Assembly: GCA_965226495.1 (NCBI GenBank)
Contig: OZ245365.1
Coordinates: 288,001-352,000, forward strand
DNA from: Candidatus Marinacidobacterales bacterium
Lineage (GTDB): Bacteria; Acidobacteriota; Vicinamibacteria; Marinacidobacterales; DATDRI01
Direction: 5' to 3'
DNA length: 64,000 nt
Both the position numbers and the translations under genes were made by a program. The notes beneath the pieces were generated by a model that was given only the letters and a program-made list of their open reading frames with translations, had not been told where the DNA came from and did no database searches. Positions 47,961-58,347 of the stretch are shown one piece after another; the stretch's first letter is position 1; the number at the start of each line of letters is the position of its first letter.

Positions 47961-48929
47961 ATGGAACTAACGACCGAGTGTAGCAGCGGTGTTCAGCCTG
48001 CCAGGCTACGGCGTACCCAGTGCCCCTCTTGCGGGGACGACAGGCTTCATTGTTTGGGAGACCTGCCCGGCCCAGCCAACCGTAGCTGGGAGTTCTCGAC
48101 GAAACCGGGCCGGCTCTACGAATGTCTTGATTGCACGATGCGATTCCGATTGCCGATGCCGACTGGGGATGAGCTCCACAAGCAATACGAAAGCTTATCC
48201 GTCCATGGACGCTGGGAATACGGGGCACGGGTTGTCTGGCGGGACATTCGCCGAATCCTTGATAGCTGTCCCAACCGCTCAGTGCTTGACGTCGGTTGTT
48301 TCCGCGGCGACTTTCTAGCTTCGTTGGGAGGAGATTGGAGACGCTTCGGAATAGAGCCATCCGAACAAGCGCGTGCAGCAGCGGAAGAACGTGGGATTTG
48401 CGTTCTTGGTGACCGCATCGAGTCGTTGGAAGAGCATGAGTTCAGTGGGATCACACTCATTGATGTCATTGAGCATTTGCCCCGCCCGTTCGAGGCACTG
48501 CAAAAGCTCGTGAAGTCGCTCGTTCCGGGCGGGAAGTTGATTCTTTTCACGGGAAACACGGAGTCCCTTTCTTGGAGACTTGCTGGACGCTACTACTGGT
48601 ACAGCTCACTGCCGGATCACGTCGCGTTTTTCGGTCCTTCCTGGTTCCAATGGGCCGCTCCTCGCCTCGGGTGCGAGTTTCGTTTAGTAGCTCGACTCGC
48701 CCATGGGCCGAAGGGGATGGGTTGGCGGATCGACGAAGGCGCTAAGAATCTCCTATACATCGGCTACCACCAACTAGACAACCTTCCGTTTCTCAAGAGT
48801 ATGGTCGGCAGTGTTCCTTTGCTTCGGCGAGTCTCAGGCTGGGACGTCCCTTGGTGGACGTCCGCGAGGGATCACATGCTGGTCACCCTCGAACGGGTCG
48901 ACCCGGCAACACCGAGGTCGGTCTCATGA
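47961..48929 (+). CDS. Class I SAM-dependent methyltransferase with N-terminal CxxC pairs
   Basis: CPSC..CLDC, VLDVGCFRG, GIEPS and DVIEHL. Confidence 0.9.
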   Translation: MELTTECSSGVQPARLRRTQCPSCGDDRLHCLGDLPGPANRSWEFSTKPGRLYECLDCTMRFRLPMPTGDELHKQYESLSVHGRWEYGARVVWRDIRRILDSCPNRSVLDVGCFRGDFLASLGGDWRRFGIEPSEQARAAAEERGICVLGDRIESLEEHEFSGITLIDVIEHLPRPFEALQKLVKSLVPGGKLILFTGNTESLSWRLAGRYYWYSSLPDHVAFFGPSWFQWAAPRLGCEFRLVARLAHGPKGMGWRIDEGAKNLLYIGYHQLDNLPFLKSMVGSVPLLRRVSGWDVPWWTSARDHMLVTLERVDPATPRSVS

Positions 48930-49996
48930 AGATCCTGGTGACGGGTTCGAGTGGACTCATCGGATCGGAGGCCGTACTTCACTTCGATTCTGCCGGGCAT
49001 CAAGTGATCGGTATCGACAACAACATGCGGCGACAGTTTTTCGGCCCAGCCGGCGATACGACGTGGAATCTCGAGCGTCTCAAAGCGGAGACTCGATCTT
49101 TCGAGTCCGTCGCCATTGATATTCGAGACCGTAGTGCACTGACCGATCTCTTCGACGAAAACCGTTTCGATCTAGTTATCCACTGTGCAGCACAACCGTC
49201 TCACGATAAGGCGGGCGCTATCCCTCTTGTCGACTTCGATGTCAATGCCGTTGGTACGGTGAACTTGCTGGAGGCGACACGACAACATGCGCGGGACGCT
49301 GTTTTCATCCATATGAGCACCAACAAAGTCTACGGCGATGCACCAAACGAGTACGAGATTGTTGAACGTCCCACGCGCTACGAGTACGCCAGGCCGGAGG
49401 ATCACAACGGGATCGACGAGAACTGCCGCGTCGATCAGTGCATGCACAGTCTTTTCGGTGCATCCAAGGCGGCGGCTGATCTCATCGCGCAAGAGTACGG
49501 ACGTTACTTTGGTATGAAAGTGGGAATTTTCCGCGGCGGTTGTCTTACCGGAAAGGCTCACTCCGGTGTCGAGCTTCACGGTTTTCTCTCCTACCTTGCC
49601 ACGGTAGCGGTTTCAGGAGGTTCGTATACGATCTTTGGTTACAAGGGGAAGCAGGTGCGTGACCAGATTCATAGCAACGACGTCATTCGGGCCTTTGAGG
49701 TGTTCGCAAATGATCCAAAGCCGGGAGAGGTCTACAACCTTGGCGGCGGGCGAGGCAACAGCGCATCCGTTCTGGAATGCATACAACTGTTCGAGGACAT
49801 CATAGGGCGATCGATTGATTGGCATTATGACGAAGCAAACAGAATCGGGGACCACATTTGCTACATTAGCGACACCCGAAAATTTCAGTCGCACTATCCC
49901 TCTTGGCGTATCACTCGGAGTCTGAGGGACATTTGCGAAGAGTTGGTCGCCGCTCAGCGAGAGCTTGCGAAGGCCAGCATAAGAGTTAGTAGGTAG
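48926..49996 (+). CDS. NAD-dependent epimerase (CDP-paratose 2-epimerase-like)
   Basis: VTGSSGLIG, HCAAQPSHD, STNKVYG, FGASK and QVRD. Confidence 0.9.
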   Translation: MKILVTGSSGLIGSEAVLHFDSAGHQVIGIDNNMRRQFFGPAGDTTWNLERLKAETRSFESVAIDIRDRSALTDLFDENRFDLVIHCAAQPSHDKAGAIPLVDFDVNAVGTVNLLEATRQHARDAVFIHMSTNKVYGDAPNEYEIVERPTRYEYARPEDHNGIDENCRVDQCMHSLFGASKAAADLIAQEYGRYFGMKVGIFRGGCLTGKAHSGVELHGFLSYLATVAVSGGSYTIFGYKGKQVRDQIHSNDVIRAFEVFANDPKPGEVYNLGGGRGNSASVLECIQLFEDIIGRSIDWHYDEANRIGDHICYISDTRKFQSHYPSWRITRSLRDICEELVAAQRELAKASIRVSR

Positions 49997-50041
49997 TCAT
50001 TCGATGTTCAGCCGAACAGCGTTTCGGAGGAAGTCCACTTC

Positions 50042-51016
50042 ATGAGTGCTGACAAAGAGCCCATAGTCTCGATCGTCACTCCGGCGTGCAATCAGGCAGC
50101 TTTCCTCCGAGAGACCATTGAAAGCGTGTTGGTTCAGAGTTACCGAAACATCGAATACATCGTCATTGACGACGGCTCGACGGACGAAACACCGGAGATC
50201 CTAAAGAGGTACGGTAACCGTTTCTCGTGGTTCACCCAAAATAATCTCGGGCAAACGCCGACCATAAACAGAGGTTGGACACTGGCCACGGGTGAGATCC
50301 TGGCCTGGCTAAACTCCGACGACACGCTAATGCCGGACGCTGCTTCGAAGGCTGTCGCCTTTCTCAAGGCACATCCCGAAGTCTCTGTCGTATTTGGAGA
50401 CACCCTTTTCACTGACGCAGACGGCAAACCTCTTTACCGTTCTCCGCCGCAACGAGGCTTTTCGTACGACCGATTTGTCTTGGAATGCCACAACCCAATT
50501 CCACAGCCCTCTGCTTTCGTACGTCGCCGGGTGATAGAGGACGTCGGGAAACTCGACCCCTACTACAAGTACTTCATGGACTGGGACTTCTGGTTGCGCG
50601 TTGGGATGCGACATCGGATCGAATACGTACCAGAGCTGCTGTCCACCTACCGACTCCATCCGAATTCGAACACTGTGGCGAGGGAGGCGCAGGTAGCTCC
50701 CGAGCTCGCGCGAATGTACGAGAGGTACTTCGACCTGCCCGATGTACCGGGGGAAGTTCGACGACAGTCTCGAAGGGCGAAGGCGAACATGTACTTCACG
50801 AGTGCCGGCTATTGCGGGCGCGGTGGGGCGCGAGTAAAAGCAGCCGCTAGTGCCCTCCAGGCACTTCGCATCTACCCCGAGCTTGTCGTAAAGCCGGGGA
50901 TGGTTCGAAAGTTGCTCTATTGTTTCTTGGGAGAGACCGCACTTGCCCGAAAAGCACGCGCTTGGCGCCGGCAAAGGGCAAACTCCTCGCAATCGTCGGT
51001 AGCACATTCTTTTTAG
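50042..51016 (+). CDS. GT2 glycosyltransferase
   Basis: SIVTP, IDDGSTD, WLNSDD, QPSAF and MDWDFW. Confidence 0.92.
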   Translation: MSADKEPIVSIVTPACNQAAFLRETIESVLVQSYRNIEYIVIDDGSTDETPEILKRYGNRFSWFTQNNLGQTPTINRGWTLATGEILAWLNSDDTLMPDAASKAVAFLKAHPEVSVVFGDTLFTDADGKPLYRSPPQRGFSYDRFVLECHNPIPQPSAFVRRRVIEDVGKLDPYYKYFMDWDFWLRVGMRHRIEYVPELLSTYRLHPNSNTVAREAQVAPELARMYERYFDLPDVPGEVRRQSRRAKANMYFTSAGYCGRGGARVKAAASALQALRIYPELVVKPGMVRKLLYCFLGETALARKARAWRRQRANSSQSSVAHSF

Positions 51017-51090
51017 GGAACTTGGACTGGGATGGGTCTGTAGTGAGGCTTTGCGACAGACCGGATGTTTCAAATCGTCCACCGAAACCG

Positions 51091-52032
51091 ATGAAAACGA
51101 ACTTACTCCCCGACGTTTCGATTGTGATACCTGCCTACGACGAGGAGAAGACGATCGAGCGGCTCTTATCGGCACTTTCCGATCAAACGGTTTTCCCGGG
51201 CGAGGTCGTAATTGTCGATGCCGGTTCCACGGACCGGACGGTAGAACTTGCGGAGGCCTTTTGCCCACCTTTTTCGTTGCGGGTACTCAAGCGAGGTCGT
51301 CTCAATCCGGGTGAGGCTCGGAACGAAGGAATTCGTGACACGACTGCTACTTGGATCGCGCTCCTTGATGCGGGCACCGAGCCGGTGCCCGGATGGCTTG
51401 AAGGGCTTATGACGGTCGCGACAGAAAACGGTGCGGACGCTGTATTCGGCTCTGTGGAGGCTACCTGCGATACAGCTTTCAGGAAATGGGCGGCCATCGC
51501 CTACGTTCCGCCTCTCGACTCAAATGGAGTTCGTATGTTCCTTGCCGCCTCAGTATTCCGACGCTCCGTTTTCGAAGCCGTGGGTGGCTTCCCGCCCCAA
51601 AGAGCGAGCGAAGACCTCGTCTGGATGGAGAAGGTTCATGCGGGCCCGTTCAGAATCGGCCATGCACCCACGGCCGTCGTTCGTTGGGAAACGCAGCCGA
51701 GTATACGTTCGACCTTCCGTCGTTTCGCTGTCTACTCCAAGGCGAACCTGGTGGCTGGACGGGGGCGGTTCTGGCATTGGGGCGTGGCTCGGTTGTATCT
51801 GGGTCTCTTCGCGCTTCTGATCACGATGGTGCTTGTTGGTTGGGGAGCTTGGGCTTGGGTGCTCGCTCCCATGTTCTATCTGGCTCGATCTTTGAAGTCG
51901 GCGTGGCAGAAGCGAGGCTCCCTGCCCTTCGAACCCCTCAACCCCATCCATCTGACGGGTGCTTCGATCGTCTTGGTAGTTCTCGACGTCGCGACGCTGA
52001 CGGGGACTCTTAGTTGGCTAGTCGATAGATAG
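51091..52032 (+). CDS. GT2 glycosyltransferase
   Basis: SIVIP.YDE, VDAGSTD, ARNEG and VGGFP...SED. Confidence 0.9.
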   Translation: MKTNLLPDVSIVIPAYDEEKTIERLLSALSDQTVFPGEVVIVDAGSTDRTVELAEAFCPPFSLRVLKRGRLNPGEARNEGIRDTTATWIALLDAGTEPVPGWLEGLMTVATENGADAVFGSVEATCDTAFRKWAAIAYVPPLDSNGVRMFLAASVFRRSVFEAVGGFPPQRASEDLVWMEKVHAGPFRIGHAPTAVVRWETQPSIRSTFRRFAVYSKANLVAGRGRFWHWGVARLYLGLFALLITMVLVGWGAWAWVLAPMFYLARSLKSAWQKRGSLPFEPLNPIHLTGASIVLVVLDVATLTGTLSWLVDR

Positions 52033-52313
52033 CAGGTGGAACCGGGTTGGAGCTCATCTATACCTCCTGCAGGTCAACTGAGTCGTTCGGCCAGGCGTGG
52101 GTGATTCCTCACCTATTGGGGTGGAGGAGACTTAGGCTGGAAGTGCACCGTGATTCCCTTCGAGAAACCCGAAACTGTCGGACCGGAAGTATATCGGTTT
52201 TCTTGAGGTGTGGTTCATGCGATAGGCCGAGGGGCTCGTGTTTTTCACTGAGACCGCCGGCTGAAAATGACGTCGAGGCACTGTCCTTTGAAGTCTAAGG
52301 ACCTCCTTTTCCG

Positions 52314-53873
52314 ATGAACGAGAACATCCAACTTAGGACTACCGGTAAACTCATCGGCCGGAATGCGTTCTGGAATTTTGGTGGGCAGGCTTGGGCGGTA
52401 GCGCTTGCCTTCTTTACTACTCCCTATGTTGTTCACAACCTGGGTGCCGACTCCTACGGACTCCTGATGACAGTGGGAGTTGTGACTAGCTACTTTGCGT
52501 TTTCCGATCTTGGGTTGGGACAGGCGACGATCAAGTACGTTGCGGAACACGCGGCACGGCAGGAATGGAAGGACATAACGAAGATCTTCTGGACGTCTGT
52601 AGCGTGCTATGTCATTTGCGGAGGAATCGCAGCCATCGTTCTGGTGATCATCACGCCACTTCTCATTCATCGATTGTTTAGGATTCCCCCCGAGCTACAG
52701 GAAACGGCCGTGAGGGTCTTCTATGTGAGTGCCGCCGCCTTCATGGCAGGGATGATCAACAGTGCTCCAACGTCTATTTGTCGTGGTCTACAGCGTTTTG
52801 ATATTGCCAACAAGGTTTCGATCCTGGTAGTTACCGTACAAACAGTACTAACCGTAGGAGTGCTTGCCGCCGGCTACTCTGTTTACGCTGTCGTGCTGAG
52901 TAACCTGGCTGTCGGAGTCGTCGCACTGATCGTGAACTCCGTTATCGCTGTCCGTTTGGTGCCCGAGCTGCGCTCGCCCAGCGCCGATACAGCAACCCTG
53001 CGCAAGCTTGCCGGGTTTGGAGGGTTCTTTGCCATCTCCGCTTTGGTAGTCCCTTTTCTTGGGCATGTCGAGAAGTTGATCATCGCGAACTGGATTTCGA
53101 TCGGAGCCGTGACCTATTACACGATCCCATTCAACGTGGCGGCGAAGCTTTTGATCATTCCAGGTGCCGTCATTCCTGCACTGTTCCCATTGTTTAGCAG
53201 CCTGAAGGGCAGCGGAGGAACCAAGCTGGGCGTAGACGTCTACTTACGGACTTCGCGTTACATGGTGTTGATGCTGATGCCCATTGTGCTTGCTCTAGTA
53301 CTGGTTGGTGAAGAGTTCTTGGAACTGTGGCTCGGGCCGGAGTTCGCCAGGCAAAGTGCGGCACCGTTACAAGTCTTGGCAGTGGCAATGCTTCTCTACG
53401 GCCCCGGCTGGAACTCCTTCAACTTGATCCAGGCTCGGGGGCGACCCGATCTCACCGCAAGGTTTCATGTTGCGGAGCTAGTAATTCATATACCAACGAC
53501 ATTCCTCTGTGTCTACTTGTGGTCACTGCCGGGCGCGGCGGTGGCATGGCTGTTGCGTGTGGTAGTGGATCTCGTCTTCCAATGGGCAGGCGTAGCCAAG
53601 GTTTGTGGAGTCGATTGGCGGACACTCGCACGAACCGTGATCAATCATTCGCTAGCGGCTGTCTTAGTCGTCGGCTTGTTTCTCGGAGTCCTGAAGAACG
53701 CTGTCGAAGGATTGCTCCCGTCGTCTGTCTTGCTAACGGCTTTTGGCAGCGCCGCGCTTCTGATGGCACTGGGCTGCGGCTGGGTGTGGGGGATGAAGGA
53801 CGAGGAACGCGACCTAGTTCTCCAGACGTTCGGTCGATTTCAGATAGACCGACCCATAGTCAAAAAGCAATGA
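52314..53873 (+). CDS. wzx: Polysaccharide flippase
   Basis: LG...YG, DLGLG.A.IKYVA, P..FP.FS and LWLG..F; 12-14 TM segments. Confidence 0.88.
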   Translation: MNENIQLRTTGKLIGRNAFWNFGGQAWAVALAFFTTPYVVHNLGADSYGLLMTVGVVTSYFAFSDLGLGQATIKYVAEHAARQEWKDITKIFWTSVACYVICGGIAAIVLVIITPLLIHRLFRIPPELQETAVRVFYVSAAAFMAGMINSAPTSICRGLQRFDIANKVSILVVTVQTVLTVGVLAAGYSVYAVVLSNLAVGVVALIVNSVIAVRLVPELRSPSADTATLRKLAGFGGFFAISALVVPFLGHVEKLIIANWISIGAVTYYTIPFNVAAKLLIIPGAVIPALFPLFSSLKGSGGTKLGVDVYLRTSRYMVLMLMPIVLALVLVGEEFLELWLGPEFARQSAAPLQVLAVAMLLYGPGWNSFNLIQARGRPDLTARFHVAELVIHIPTTFLCVYLWSLPGAAVAWLLRVVVDLVFQWAGVAKVCGVDWRTLARTVINHSLAAVLVVGLFLGVLKNAVEGLLPSSVLLTAFGSAALLMALGCGWVWGMKDEERDLVLQTFGRFQIDRPIVKKQ

Positions 53874-55369
53874 TTCGTAGGACACTCGCTTACGTTCTCC
53901 TCGCGTCCTTCGCAGTACTGTCTGTAGGGTTGGCGATTCCACGAATACTTTTAAAGTTAGACTCGGATCCTTCCCCAAGGCGGTTTCAAGAGGGCGGCGG
54001 GTCAATTACCCACTCGGCGAACATGGATAATATATTGCTCATTACGATTGATACGCTCCGAGCCGATCACCTTGGAATTTATGGATACGCAAGGCCAACC
54101 AGTACTCGAATAGACTCCTGGTTTGGGAATTCTCAGATCTACGAGCGAGCGTACTCGACCGAGGCTAACACTACTCCCAGCGTCGTGAGTATGCTGACGG
54201 GCCTCATACCCCAGCGGCACGGAGTCCGGTTACTTTTTCAGAAGATTTCAGGGCGCATTCTTACTGTGCCTGACTACTTGGCCCATGCCGGCTATCAGAC
54301 GTCCGCAGTAGTATCGAACTTTGTCCTAACCGCCGAAGCCAGCGGGCTCGACACACGATTCGGTCACTACAATGACTTGGTGGACGAACAGGAGTCCTAT
54401 CGATTGGCTTTTGAACGCCGCGCCTCGCGAACGACCGACGCAGCGGTTGAATGGCTGGTTAAAGGGAGGGATCCAGGTCAGCCGCACTTCCTCTGGGTGC
54501 ATTACATCGACCCACACGGTCCTTACCAGCCTTCAGTAGACGGTTTGACAAACTTCACACACTCCGAGATTCGCCTTATCGACAAGGACAAAATTCCTGA
54601 TTACCAGCAGGAGCCTGGCTTGTTGGATGGGAACGAGTACGTGGATCGATATGACGAAGAGATTGCCTACGTCGATCGCGAAGTGGGGCGTTTGCTAGAC
54701 GTCTATGAGCGGCTCGGGCTCGCCAAGGACGCTACGGTTGTCCTTACGGCAGACCATGGTGAAAGCATGATGGAGCACGAGCAGTGGTTCTCCCACGGTT
54801 ACCAAGTCTACGAGTATATCGTTCGAGTTCCTCTTATGATACGCTCGCCGCGATTTCCTGCTAGACGAATAGTCACGCCGGTTTCCCTTGTCGACCTTGC
54901 ACCGACGCTGCTCAAAGTAGCAGGAGCTTCGATTCCTCAGGGACTTGACGGACGGGCGCTGCCTCCGTCGTCGCTGCCGCGGGACGTGTTTGTCGAGGCA
55001 ACGATGGGCGAGAACCAATGGCGTGCGCTTATTCGAGGAAAAGAGAAGTGGTTGATCGGCGTGAAGCGGAACTCCAATTTCGTTGATCGTGCTCTCCACA
55101 GGCTTTTCTTGGTTCAGCCGTTCGTCGAGGTCGTCGAGTTCGAGCAGCGTTACTATCACCTGGACGAAGATCCAGGAGAGTTACGACCTTTGCACTGGCC
55201 ACGGGAGGAGGACGCCTTAAGCTTGATTAGGATGGCGGCAGAGGACCCGGATCCTGCGGGCCTTCCTACTCGTTTAACCCCGGGGATCTGGGTGAAGGCT
55301 CCGAAGGTTGCCCCAGGCGTTGACGCTCGATCGCTAGAAAAACTCAAGGCTCTGGGTTATGTGCAATGA
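53870..55369 (+). CDS. Sulfatase/alkaline-phosphatase-superfamily protein with Thr at the nucleophile position
   Basis: NILLITIDTLRADH, TTPSVVSMLTG, HYIDPHGPY, TADHGE and LKALGYV; N-terminal TM. Confidence 0.88.
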   Translation: MIRRTLAYVLLASFAVLSVGLAIPRILLKLDSDPSPRRFQEGGGSITHSANMDNILLITIDTLRADHLGIYGYARPTSTRIDSWFGNSQIYERAYSTEANTTPSVVSMLTGLIPQRHGVRLLFQKISGRILTVPDYLAHAGYQTSAVVSNFVLTAEASGLDTRFGHYNDLVDEQESYRLAFERRASRTTDAAVEWLVKGRDPGQPHFLWVHYIDPHGPYQPSVDGLTNFTHSEIRLIDKDKIPDYQQEPGLLDGNEYVDRYDEEIAYVDREVGRLLDVYERLGLAKDATVVLTADHGESMMEHEQWFSHGYQVYEYIVRVPLMIRSPRFPARRIVTPVSLVDLAPTLLKVAGASIPQGLDGRALPPSSLPRDVFVEATMGENQWRALIRGKEKWLIGVKRNSNFVDRALHRLFLVQPFVEVVEFEQRYYHLDEDPGELRPLHWPREEDALSLIRMAAEDPDPAGLPTRLTPGIWVKAPKVAPGVDARSLEKLKALGYVQ

Positions 55370-55479
55370 ACACCTCCCAGCAGCAGTCGTGTGATTCGGT
55401 GTCGACGTGTCAGTCATTTGGGATGGACGCGTGAGAAGAATCGTGCGCCTCTTGCTCCAAATAAGGGTTGGGCTTGCCC

Positions 55480-57090
55480 TCACTCGGGGTTGGGCCTGGT
55501 AGCAACGCCGCGCACTACGCCGAGGACAATCGACAGGAGCGCGAAGTTAGCGGGAAGGTGAAGGCTGAAATCCGTTAGACTGTGAAGGCCAATGCCGATC
55601 GCGGCAGCGCAGTACCCGGCGTGCAGATTGAACAGGGCAGGGTGGTAATGGAGTGCCTCGCGATCTCGGTGCGCGCTTCGCCATACGACCAATAGGATCC
55701 ACGCGAGTAACAGTGAGCCCGGGAGCCCAAGCTCAATCAATAGCTGCAGATAATCGTTGTGAGCCCACGAGTAGAAGACGCGTCCCGAGAACGTGCGGTA
55801 GTTGCTCGTTAGATACCGGTATGAGCTCAGGCCGGAACCAGTAAGCCAGAAATCCTGCGCTGCGCCGAGGCTGTCTTTCCAGACTTGCGGGCGAGCTTTC
55901 TCGGCTTCCAGCTGTCGCGGAAGCTCTCCGAATCGGCTAAGAACTGGCTCGATTCCGATCCAGACCGCAAAGCCCGCGACGGCGAGTGCCAGGATCCAGT
56001 ACCCTCGAGTGAAGCGGTGGTGCGTTCGCTTTCGACGATGGCCGTGGTGGAGGTCGATCGCGTCCGTCTCGTCTCCACGGAGGCCCGGTTCCCGTTTGGT
56101 CAGAAGCGCGAACGCTACACAACCGGCTAGGGCGAACGTGAGCCCGGAGCGTGAGAGTGAAAAAACAATGCCGAGACCGATGGCAATGATTCCCAGACCG
56201 CCCAGAATAAGTCTGGCTCGCGCGTCCCCGGCATCGGTTTGCCTGACCCGACGTCCTTCGGTTCGAGACAATTGAACATTTCGTGATGCAAGCCATCCGA
56301 GACTGCACAGCAGGATCATTCCCAAGAAAGCAGCGTAATGGTTCGGGTTGCCGAAGGTCCCTCTCGCTCGAATTGTGGTAATGGACGCGGCTTCACCCAT
56401 CTGAGACTGCAAGCCTAGAAGCCACTGTCCCGTACCATAGACGCCGAAGGCGATACCGCATAGAAACAGCGCGAGGGTTAACTTTTCTACCTTTTTCGCG
56501 TTCTCGGCAAGTCTAAATGCGGAATAGAAGAGGACGAGGTACGCGATCCACTGCCACAGGTCGCGCAAGGTGAGGAATGGCGCCAAGCTCAAAGGAGAGG
56601 AACTTACCTCGCCACCGACTAAGGCTTCTACTTCTGAGCGGAGGGAGTGCGCCTCGGGCGAGATCGCCTCGAGCCAAGTTGGATCGAGAGGCACGAGTGA
56701 GACCCCAATCCAGAGGGACAACAGGAAGACTGGCACACCAAGCCCCGTTCGTTTGAAAGGGAAGCCTAGTACCACGACGTGATTCTGGGCATCGAAGCTG
56801 AAGGATTCCTCGTCGTCGACGGAGCCGGGTGGCAGGATGGTGACTTCTGTCCGACGACGGCCTCTTAAGCGTAGCCATGGGTGTCGTTCTAGAAAGGGGA
56901 GCCGCTTCAACGCCCTTCGTTGTTCGAGAATCCTCCTTCTTTCTGCAGGCCCGGTGTGTCTGAGGACGTCGAAGACCAACCAGAGCGCCAAACCGACCGC
57001 GCCGAGCTCGAGAACAAGACTCGCCCATGGATCGTAGCCTCCTCTCCCGAGGGCGACGATCATGATGAGCAGAACAAGTAACAGGTGCAT
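55480..57090 (-). CDS. O-antigen ligase family protein
   Basis: GTFGNPNHYA, SLSRSG, R..W, G.GL and AHNDYLQLLIELG. Confidence 0.88.
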   Translation of the reverse strand: MHLLLVLLIMIVALGRGGYDPWASLVLELGAVGLALWLVFDVLRHTGPAERRRILEQRRALKRLPFLERHPWLRLRGRRRTEVTILPPGSVDDEESFSFDAQNHVVVLGFPFKRTGLGVPVFLLSLWIGVSLVPLDPTWLEAISPEAHSLRSEVEALVGGEVSSSPLSLAPFLTLRDLWQWIAYLVLFYSAFRLAENAKKVEKLTLALFLCGIAFGVYGTGQWLLGLQSQMGEAASITTIRARGTFGNPNHYAAFLGMILLCSLGWLASRNVQLSRTEGRRVRQTDAGDARARLILGGLGIIAIGLGIVFSLSRSGLTFALAGCVAFALLTKREPGLRGDETDAIDLHHGHRRKRTHHRFTRGYWILALAVAGFAVWIGIEPVLSRFGELPRQLEAEKARPQVWKDSLGAAQDFWLTGSGLSSYRYLTSNYRTFSGRVFYSWAHNDYLQLLIELGLPGSLLLAWILLVVWRSAHRDREALHYHPALFNLHAGYCAAAIGIGLHSLTDFSLHLPANFALLSIVLGVVRGVATRPNPE

Positions 57091-57095
57091 CAGGC

Positions 57096-58280
57096 TCAGG
57101 GGTTCCAGAGATTCGTCGTCGTGACCAGGCGCGCGATCTCCCGCTCGGCCTCGGCATTGTTGGGATCCAATCTCAACACCTTTTGATACTGCGCCATAGC
57201 CTGTTCGTTGTTGCCCGAACGGTGTGAGATCCGAGCCAGTCCGAGTGTTGCCGGTGTGTAAGAAGGAGACAAGGTGGATGCTTCGGCAAAGAGACTTTCT
57301 GCCAAGACGACATCACCGCGATTCAAGTACTCATTTCCCATAGAGCACAAGAGCTCCAAACTTGCACGGCTGGAGACCCCGGACGTCTTCTCGATTTGCT
57401 GCAGTGCGCTACGAAAGACTTGATAAGCCGCGGCGGCGTCACCAAGTAGAAGGTGTGCCCTTGATACGAAAATGGCCCACTGAAACGAGTTCGAGGCGGT
57501 ACTCTTTGCTTCCGCGTCCTGCCACTTGAGGGCGGCTTCTAACCCCAACCGCGCATCACCTTTCTGGAGCGCCCAATGGGTTGCCTGGCGGAAGAAACTT
57601 GGGTCGTCCGATGTGACCAACATTTCTCGTAGCAACACGAACGCCTCCGTGTCGTGCTCAGACCTGAAGAGGACGGCGAGCAGGGTGTTCTGCCCGCGAA
57701 CGTCGTGAGGGACGAGCTGGGCCCAACGGTTCGGTGGCACGTGGTAGCGTTGGGCGGCCGTCAGGACTCGATCCGTCAGCTCAGGCTCCCGTTGAGCGGC
57801 TGTTCGTAGGTGATTTTCGGCGAGGTCCAGTGGATCGATCGGGTCAGACTGACTGCTGTTGATGGCGGTCCATGCTGCCAAGTCGGAGCGCGCAGTGAGT
57901 AGCCACTCTCCATAAGCTAGGTGGAGCCGTCCATTGGCGGGAAAGCGATTCAGAGCGAGTGCGAACGATTGATTCACGACGGCTGGATTCTCGGCGCGGT
58001 TCGCATAGTAATCGGCAAGGAGTAACGGGGGCTGGTAAAAGGACGGGGCCTGCCTCAGGAGACGATGGAGGCGGGCGAGTTGGTCATCGGACGGTGTAGG
58101 ACTGCTGAGCGCCTGGCGGACAACCAGAAGTGTGGCCTCGGGGTGGTGCAGATCGGAAATCGTTTGCGCACTCGCCTCCGCCGGAGACCGTGCCCACCGT
58201 TCTTGAAAGTAGAAATTGATCGCGCCCGCGGCGTACAGAGCCGCCAATATTATCGAGAGACCAGCAATGAGTGCGCGCAT
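57096..58280 (-). CDS. Membrane-anchored tetratricopeptide repeat protein
   Basis: N-terminal TM; TPR pattern A...Y..VL.LDP.N.EA. Confidence 0.8.
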   Translation of the reverse strand: MRALIAGLSIILAALYAAGAINFYFQERWARSPAEASAQTISDLHHPEATLLVVRQALSSPTPSDDQLARLHRLLRQAPSFYQPPLLLADYYANRAENPAVVNQSFALALNRFPANGRLHLAYGEWLLTARSDLAAWTAINSSQSDPIDPLDLAENHLRTAAQREPELTDRVLTAAQRYHVPPNRWAQLVPHDVRGQNTLLAVLFRSEHDTEAFVLLREMLVTSDDPSFFRQATHWALQKGDARLGLEAALKWQDAEAKSTASNSFQWAIFVSRAHLLLGDAAAAYQVFRSALQQIEKTSGVSSRASLELLCSMGNEYLNRGDVVLAESLFAEASTLSPSYTPATLGLARISHRSGNNEQAMAQYQKVLRLDPNNAEAEREIARLVTTTNLWNP

Positions 58281-58347
58281 GGATAGATCGAAGGATTCGA
58301 GCTGTTCTGGCTTCGTCGGATACTCTGTTTTGAGGCCCTTAGGGCGT

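Noticed and set aside
52033-52313. 280-bp gap before wzx
   Set aside because: No convincing ORF, promoter or structure could be supported
53327-53869. N-terminal extension of the sulfatase-fold ORF
   Set aside because: Overlaps wzx; ATGA coupling supports a start at 53870
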